The notes under the pieces: generated by a model
Databases searched by the model: none
What the model was told of the DNA's origin: nothing
What the model saw: only the letters and a program-made list of their open reading frames with translations
Shown here: in pieces, positions 57,635 to 64,000 of the stretch
How positions within the stretch are numbered: the stretch's first letter is position 1
Layout: the number at the start of each line of letters is the position of its first letter
Made by a program: the position numbers and the translations under genes
NCBI GenBank assembly: GCA_964016885.1
Contig: OZ024745.1
Location: 106,702,001 to 106,766,000 of the forward strand
DNA length: 64,000 nt
Reading direction: 5' to 3'
Source of the DNA: Eledone cirrhosa
Taxonomy: Eukaryota

Positions 57635-58353
57635 AAAACAAGATGAAATCGAAAATGCAACTGGAGTTTTATTTAAAAAAAATATATATTTATTTGGTTC
57701 CTTTACCAGTTTGGCAGTTCTTCTGCTTTTCAAAAGTAGAGTTGAGATGGAGGGTCTGTGGTTTTTCTTACATCTGGTTGGTCTCTGCGTGTTACTTGTT
57801 TTATATGGAAAAAAGTGGCTCAAAACGCCAAGTTTTTAGAGAAGTAATTTGATTGGTTGGTCAATAAGTATAATAAATTTCGCGCCAGTTCGCGTTACAA
57901 ATTCTTCAAACAAGGGGTGGGGCTCAGGTTGTATTTTCATATATGAGTGTTTGAATTTCTTTTTACTTACTCATATATGAAAAAACAACCTGAGCCCCAC
58001 CCCTTGTTTGAAGAACTTTGTAACGCGAACTGGCGCGAAATTTATTATAATTATTGACCAACCAATCAAATTACTTCTCTAAAAAGCTGGCGTTTCGAGC
58101 CTCTTTTTTCCATATAAAACAAGTAACATTCAAAGACCAATCAGATGTGAGAAAAACCACAGACCCTCCATCTCAACTCTACTTTTGAAAAGCAGAAGAA
58201 CTGCGAAACCGGTAAAGGAACCAAATAAATATATATATATTTTTTTAAATAAGACTCCAGTTGCATTTTCGATTTCATCTTTTTTTCTTTATACTTTCAC
58301 TCGTGTAGGACACCTCGGTTATTTTTCATTTTGTAAAAAAACCCTCACTTTCT
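57631..58353. mobile_element. Long palindromic insert (arms ~320 bp, ~20-bp spacer) with variant hammerhead and tail, in (TA)n
   Basis: 57631-57948 is the near reverse complement of 57969-58290; tail 58294-58353. Confidence 0.85.
58182..58217 (+). ncRNA. Variant minimal hammerhead (UUGAAAA core)
   Basis: CTT-TTGAAAA-GCAG(AAGAA)CTGC-GAAA-CCGG-TA-AAG then AATAAA; mirror copy has GAAA changed to CAAA. Confidence 0.6.
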
Positions 58354-58369
58354 AATATATATATATATA

Positions 58370-60290
58370 ACTTTGATAGGTTTCGGCCAGTATTGGCCCA
58401 GGCCATGTCTAACTTAATAGCTCCACTTGGAGAAGTCTTAGAAATCAGTGTTTACGGAGGCATATCCGGGTGTAGGAGGCTTATCCGGGATTTCTTGAAG
58501 GAATGTATCCAAAGACTTCTTGAACTTGATGGGGTCTGTTTCTGCTTTGATGTGTTTTGGTGTAATCTTAAAGAGTGCAGGGCCAATTGAGGTGAATTAA
58601 GTGTGCCGTATTGTTGTTATGAGATGCGAGTGAGATTTTTGTCGTGGGCGGATAGCACGGATGTACATTAATGGTGATGCCAACATCATTTGGGCAAAGC
58701 TGATGGAATATTTTCCACATCATGCAGATAAAGTAGCGCTCACGGCGAAATAAAGTGTCGCTCATGGCGAAATATAGAGAATAAAGGTTGATCTTTTCTA
58801 ATCGACTCCAATATCAAGGCCTGTCATGCCATTCATCTTTTTTTTAATTGACATTTGGGTGCTTCAACTTTTATGATATTTTGTTTCGTGCGTGGAGACC
58901 ACAGTGTACAACAGTATTCAAGGTGGGGTCGGGCAAAAGTGGAGTAGAGAAGGATAACAGTGTGGATATCTCTCGACTGGAAAGTTCTGAGAATCCAGGA
59001 ACATATTCTGCGGGGGCCATATCAACTTTGCTGTTTATATGAGTGGCCCAGCTTATGTTGTTGTCCACAATTACTCCCAGGTCTCTGATGTTATTGGATG
59101 CCACTAGAGTTTCACCAGAAGGAAGAGACTATGGTAGTTTCAGGGCATCCTTTTTTCCAAAGTGGATTAATTCAAACTTATCCTCATTCAACAGCATATT
59201 ATTCTTTTCTGCCCATTGGATAACAGCCAGTAGGTCTGACTGAAGTCAGTCGGGTCACCCACCTCATTGATGACCCTTTGGAGCTTGGAATCATCTGCGA
59301 AGATTCTTATGTTGCTGTGCTTGATGATGTCAGTAATGTCATTAATGTAGATGATGAAAAGAAGTGGGCCCAACACAGTGCTTTGTGGGACGCCACTGCT
59401 GACTTTGGCAGGGCTTGATTTTACTCCTTCGACTACAACATGGTGGGTTCTGTCTGTCAGGAAACATTTGATCTACTGTAGTAACCTTCCAGAGACACCA
59501 ACATGGGATAGATTTTTCAGTAGAATCTTATGATCAACCCTGTCAAAGCCTTGTTGAAATCAAGGTAGATGACATCAGTGTTGGAGCCCTCTCCCAAGGC
59601 TCTCAAAACATCGTCAAAGTGATTTAGGAGCTGCGTTAGGCAGTCCCTTTCATTATGGAACCCATGCTGGTTGGAGTTCAGCAGGCCGTTGCTTTCAAGA
59701 AAGTGGGTTATTCGTGATCTCACCACCCTCTCAAATACCTTGATAATATGAGAGGTGAGTGAGATCGGACGGTAGTTCACTGCAAGGGACTTATTTCCCT
59801 TTTTGAAGACTGGGCCAACGGACTGGAACAGAAAGTTTTCAGGAATATAGCCAGTGTCCAGTGAGTTCCTCCACAGATTAGCAAGAGGAGATGCAAGTTG
59901 GTGTCGACATACCTTCAGGACACACGCAGGGAACCTGTCGGGGCCTACTGCTGAATTGTGTTTAATTTCGTTTATTGCCGCTAAGACATCAGTGGCGCCA
60001 AACGTTATGTCTGATATAGTGTGTTGGGATTAACATCACTGATACAGCCCAGATCGGCCATATCATGATTGCTGAAAACAGACCAGTATTGTTTCTGCAG
60101 TATCTCGCCCATGGTTTTGGCATTGTCTTGGAGTGTGCTATTTTCATCAACTAGAGGGCCAACAGTGGAGACGGTGACCTTGTATTTTTTAGCAAATGAA
60201 ATGAACCCTTTCGGGTTGAGTTTGATTTTCTCAATGGCCCACCTCTCTTCAGCTTTTCTCTGGTTATTGATGATGGTCATCATGCATTGC
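58370..60290 (-). mobile_element. CR1-group LINE RT pseudogene
   Basis: NYRPISLTSHIIKVFE, NQHGF, YLDFNKA, SGVPQ.TVLGPLLFIIYINDI, FADD, RDLGV; many frameshifts. Confidence 0.92.
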
Positions 60291-60770
60291 TGGAGGTTAT
60301 ATTTTTTTTACTCAAGCAGGGCGATAGCCATCGAATGTGTGTGTTGCTATTGGCAGTATTTTACTGTGTTAATTTTTTTGTTTGTTCTTTTTATTTTTCT
60401 GATAATTGTTTTTCTGTTTCGGGGGATACTGCACTTGGTTTTGTTCACAGGTGTTGGTGGGGTGTGTTTTATACATATATTTGTGAGTGTCTACAAAGAT
60501 CTGCGAAGATGTTTTATATATACATATAGATATATGTTTATATATATATATATATATATATATATTTCGTTTCTGAGTTTGTTTAGCAAGATTCTTTATC
60601 TGAAAACGTGTGTTGATATTATTATGCTTTGGGAGGGTCATGTTGTCAATAAGAAACACAAGCACCAGTTGCTTTCACTCCAATTTCTTATAAATTAAAT
60701 TTATAAATTTAAGAATTTATAAATTTCCAGTTGGTTGGTTGGTTCCATAACCGGAGGGTTATATATATAT

Positions 60771-60962
60771 ATAGGAAAAGTATGACCCCGACGGCAGAGC
60801 TCAAGCCGTTTCGACGACTATTTCTGTCCAGAAATAGCCGTCGAAACGCCTTGAGCTCTTCCGTCGGGGTCATACTTTTTCCTATTTCCCACTCTACTAC
60901 CCTATGTATTGAGTACTCTGGTGCATTATGATCCATCTGGTTACTTACCACAATTCCTTTGT
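60771..60962. mobile_element. Palindromic insert (60771-60885, 2-nt spacer) plus tail, in (TA)n
   Basis: Arms ~56 bp; tail carries ACTC-N16-GAGTACT. Confidence 0.75.
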
Positions 60963-61008
60963 TATATATATATTTCATATAGATATATGTATATATATAT
61001 ATATATAG

Positions 61009-61047
<39 letters not shown>

Positions 61048-61072
61048 TATATGTATATATATATATATATAG

Positions 61073-61153
<81 letters not shown>

Positions 61154-61274
61154 TATATACATATTAAAACAAACCCTAAGGCCTTCTTTAAATTTGCAAA
61201 AGACACTGCCTCGGTACACTGCAAGATTGGACCACTCTACCATTAACCGAGAATCCCCAAGACATATATATATA

Positions 61275-61666
61275 TACATTCTTAGCTAGTATGATGACAA
61301 GTAAGTATGTTTAAAAACAGCGAGCAAGTTTGAAATTAGAAAATAGAAGCTTTCACCGTATTTTTTTTACTAAAGAAATGTTAGCCTGATAGTGGGGTTT
61401 AGAACCCTCAGAGAAATACTTGCTAAGAATGTAGCTTCTAATTTGAATTGAAGGAGATTGGTGATGTGTTGGTGTAATGGTAGCACAGTGGTCTGGATAA
61501 CCAATGATGTGGGTTCGACTCCCATGTACGTAAATGCTCATCTTTTTCCATTTCTCTGAGGGTTCTAAACCCCACTATCAGGCTAAAATTTCTTTAGTCA
61601 AAAAATGCGGTGAAAGCTTCTATTTTCTAATTTGAAACTTGCTCGCTGTTTCAAAACATACTTACT
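61275..61666. mobile_element. Inverted-repeat insert (arms 61300-61417 and 61550-61666) enclosing a tRNA-like segment
   Basis: A-box TGGTGTAATGG and B-box GGTTCGACTCC at about 61470-61522; TA repeats on both flanks. Confidence 0.75.
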
Positions 61667-61952
61667 ATATATATATATGTATAATAAAATATATATTTTG
61701 ATTATGAGAATATTTTTCATTTATTAATATTTTGAATAATACATATATATATATATACATAATATATATATAACTACAAAGTAATGACGAGTAAAAACTT
61801 GCCTGGGGAACACTGCTCTAACACCGGCTAGAGTTATCTCCCTTGACCTACTGCAAAATCAATAGATGTTTTTTACGAAGAATGAACTGTGATGTGAACT
61901 TATCTCTAAAACCCATTCTGGGTCATGTAAGGAGCGCTTTTTAGTTTTTTAT

Positions 61953-61992
61953 GCCCTTGAGAAGCCCATTCGGGCGAAACGTACGTAGGTGC
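61953..61992 (+). ncRNA. Variant minimal hammerhead (UUGAGAA core)
   Basis: GCCC-TTGAGAA-GCCC(ATTC)GGGC-GAAA-CGTACG-TA-GG, then AATAAA about 10 nt later; helix I short. Confidence 0.65.
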
Positions 61993-63186
61993 TGTTTTAA
62001 ATAAACATGTTTTAACGGTTTGTTCTCCTTTATTTACTTCTCCACACACACACACACATATATATATATATACATATATGTATATAAAAACAATTTAGTA
62101 TACATGTACATTTTATTGTATTAATAACATAAATTATATTGAAATAACAAAGGTATCATTGTTTATAAATGTTCAAAATGCTTGCCATTAGCAATTTGAT
62201 CTGGGTTAGCTTCCGCTAACTAAAAACTAAAAGAACCTTCGTGTTTGCTATACATCTGTTAGAAATATCAGCCACAGGTCCAACAGATCAGGCTCGGCTG
62301 TCTTTAAAATTGAAAAATACATTACAACCAAGAATGGGCTCCTATGTGGGCCTTCGTCAGGTTATAATTAATGGTAAAATGACTCTCAAATTACACTACG
62401 ATTAAGATAATATACTGAAAAATATGGGTCTCAGATTATTGCGTTATGTACCTGGAAAAGGGACGGGTTGATCTTAGCTGATGTCCCTTTCACCATATGT
62501 ATGTTCCATAATATATTATGCTAGGCTGGAGCCAAATAACAGCAATTAAAACGCATGTATGCTGTTAATGAATATATTAGCAGTAACAGCTAAAGTTTCA
62601 AATAAATCAAAAACTATCGTATTCATGAAATGATAGCATATCACTGCTCATAGCTTAATCAGAGCTTGCCTAAACTTAACCAACAACAGCTATGCGTATT
62701 CTGAGCGTGTGATGAATCCTCTAAGCCAGGGATACTTAACGCTTCATCTCTCATATACACCAACCACTTGTATTTCACTAAATACCTCCTTACATTCTTG
62801 CTGAAATGTATACTTCATAAATGCTAGCCCATTTCCCTGCTTGGTCGTTATCTTTTAGAGTCGACTCTATAAGTTTGATCATTTTTATAAAGAATTTTTA
62901 TCATATTTCCTTATCTGTTATGCTTGATTTGGAACATTAGCTATCCTAAATCCATGAATATATTAATGTTTTAAGGCATTCATTGTGTTCGATAAGCAGA
63001 AGCGCGAAAATTTAAGATACAGAGGATTAAAACATTAGCAAGGATTAAAGAAAATGTCGTATGTATGTATGTATGGTGGGGGGAGGGGTGTCTACACGTG
63101 TTGTGTGTGTGGAAATATATTTTCTTATACCACTATCAATAAATCCATATTTATAGAGTGTTTGTTTCTATTATTTATGCAAAAAA

Positions 63187-64000
63187 GGCGGTGGATTGGC
63201 AGTATTGGTAGAGCATCGGACAACATACTTTCAGTCATGTAGTTTCGGTCCTTTACGGTTGGAGTTCAAATCCCATCGATGTTAGCTTTGCCTTTCATCC
63301 TTATGGAGTCGATGAAATAAAGTACCAGTCATGCACTGGGGTCGATTTAATCGACTTTCCCCTCCCCAAAATTGATGGACTTGAGCCTAAATCAGAAACC
63401 ATTATTTTGGCAGTGGATTGGCAGTATCGGTAGAGGGTCGGACGCCATGCTTTCCAGCATAGTTACGTCCCTTTACGATCTGAGTTCAAATCCCGCCGAG
63501 GTTGACTTTGCCTTTCATCCTTACGGGGTCGATAAAATAAAGTACCAGTAATGCACTGGGTAATTGCTGGCCTTTTGCCTAAAGTAGAAACAATTATTTT
63601 GGCAGTATCGGTAGAAGGTCGGACGCCATGCTTTGATGCATAGAGTTACGCCCCTTTCAATTCTGAGTTCAAATCTCACCGAGGTTAACTTTGCCTTTCA
63701 TCCTTACGGGGTCGATAAAATGAAGTACCCGTAATGTACTGGATAATTGCTGGCCTTGTGCCAAAAGTAGAAACAATTATTTATACAAAAAAAAAAAAAG
63801 AGGTAGATTGACAGTATCGGTTGGGGGTAGGACAACATAGTTTGAGGCATGTAGTTATGACCCTTTAGGGTCTGAGTTCAAATCCTGCCGAGGTTAGCTT
63901 TGCATTTCATCATTACGAGGTTGATAAAATGAAGTACCAGTAACTCACTTCGGTCGATTTAATTGACTTTCCCCATCCAGTCAAATTGCTGGCCTTGTGA
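63187..64000 (+). mobile_element. Head-to-tail cluster of four SINE family A copies
   Basis: Starts at about 63187, 63409, 63599 and 63801. Confidence 0.9.

Noticed and set aside
61462-61535. Functional tRNA gene
   Set aside because: Acceptor and anticodon stems pair poorly; treated as a tRNA-derived part of a repeat

Overview
AT-rich, repeat-saturated animal genomic DNA, probably cephalopod/octopod (inferred from extreme (TA)n content and SINE make-up, not proven). Almost all listed ORFs are microsatellite artefacts. The window holds about 20 copies of one tRNA-derived SINE and 5 of a second type. It also holds LINE remnants (RTE, CR1, R4/Dong, Tx1/L1, CRE-like), DNA transposon remnants (mariner, pogo/Tigger, hAT, Chapaev3-like, two Helitron copies), a 107-bp satellite born from LINE coding sequence and a 45-bp minisatellite. 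There is one plausible intronless host ORF (196 aa, very hydrophobic). The most notable hidden signal is a set of unrelated-sequence inserts inside (TA)n tracts that share one architecture: an inverted duplication plus a one-sided tail. Many carry minimal type I hammerhead ribozymes, and four share an ACTC-N12-17-GAGTRCT tail hairpin. One insert retains a Penelope-type GIY-YIG endonuclease remnant, which links the set to Penelope-like elements (PLEs). Another carries a tRNA-like Pol III head and may be a PLE-mobilised SINE.
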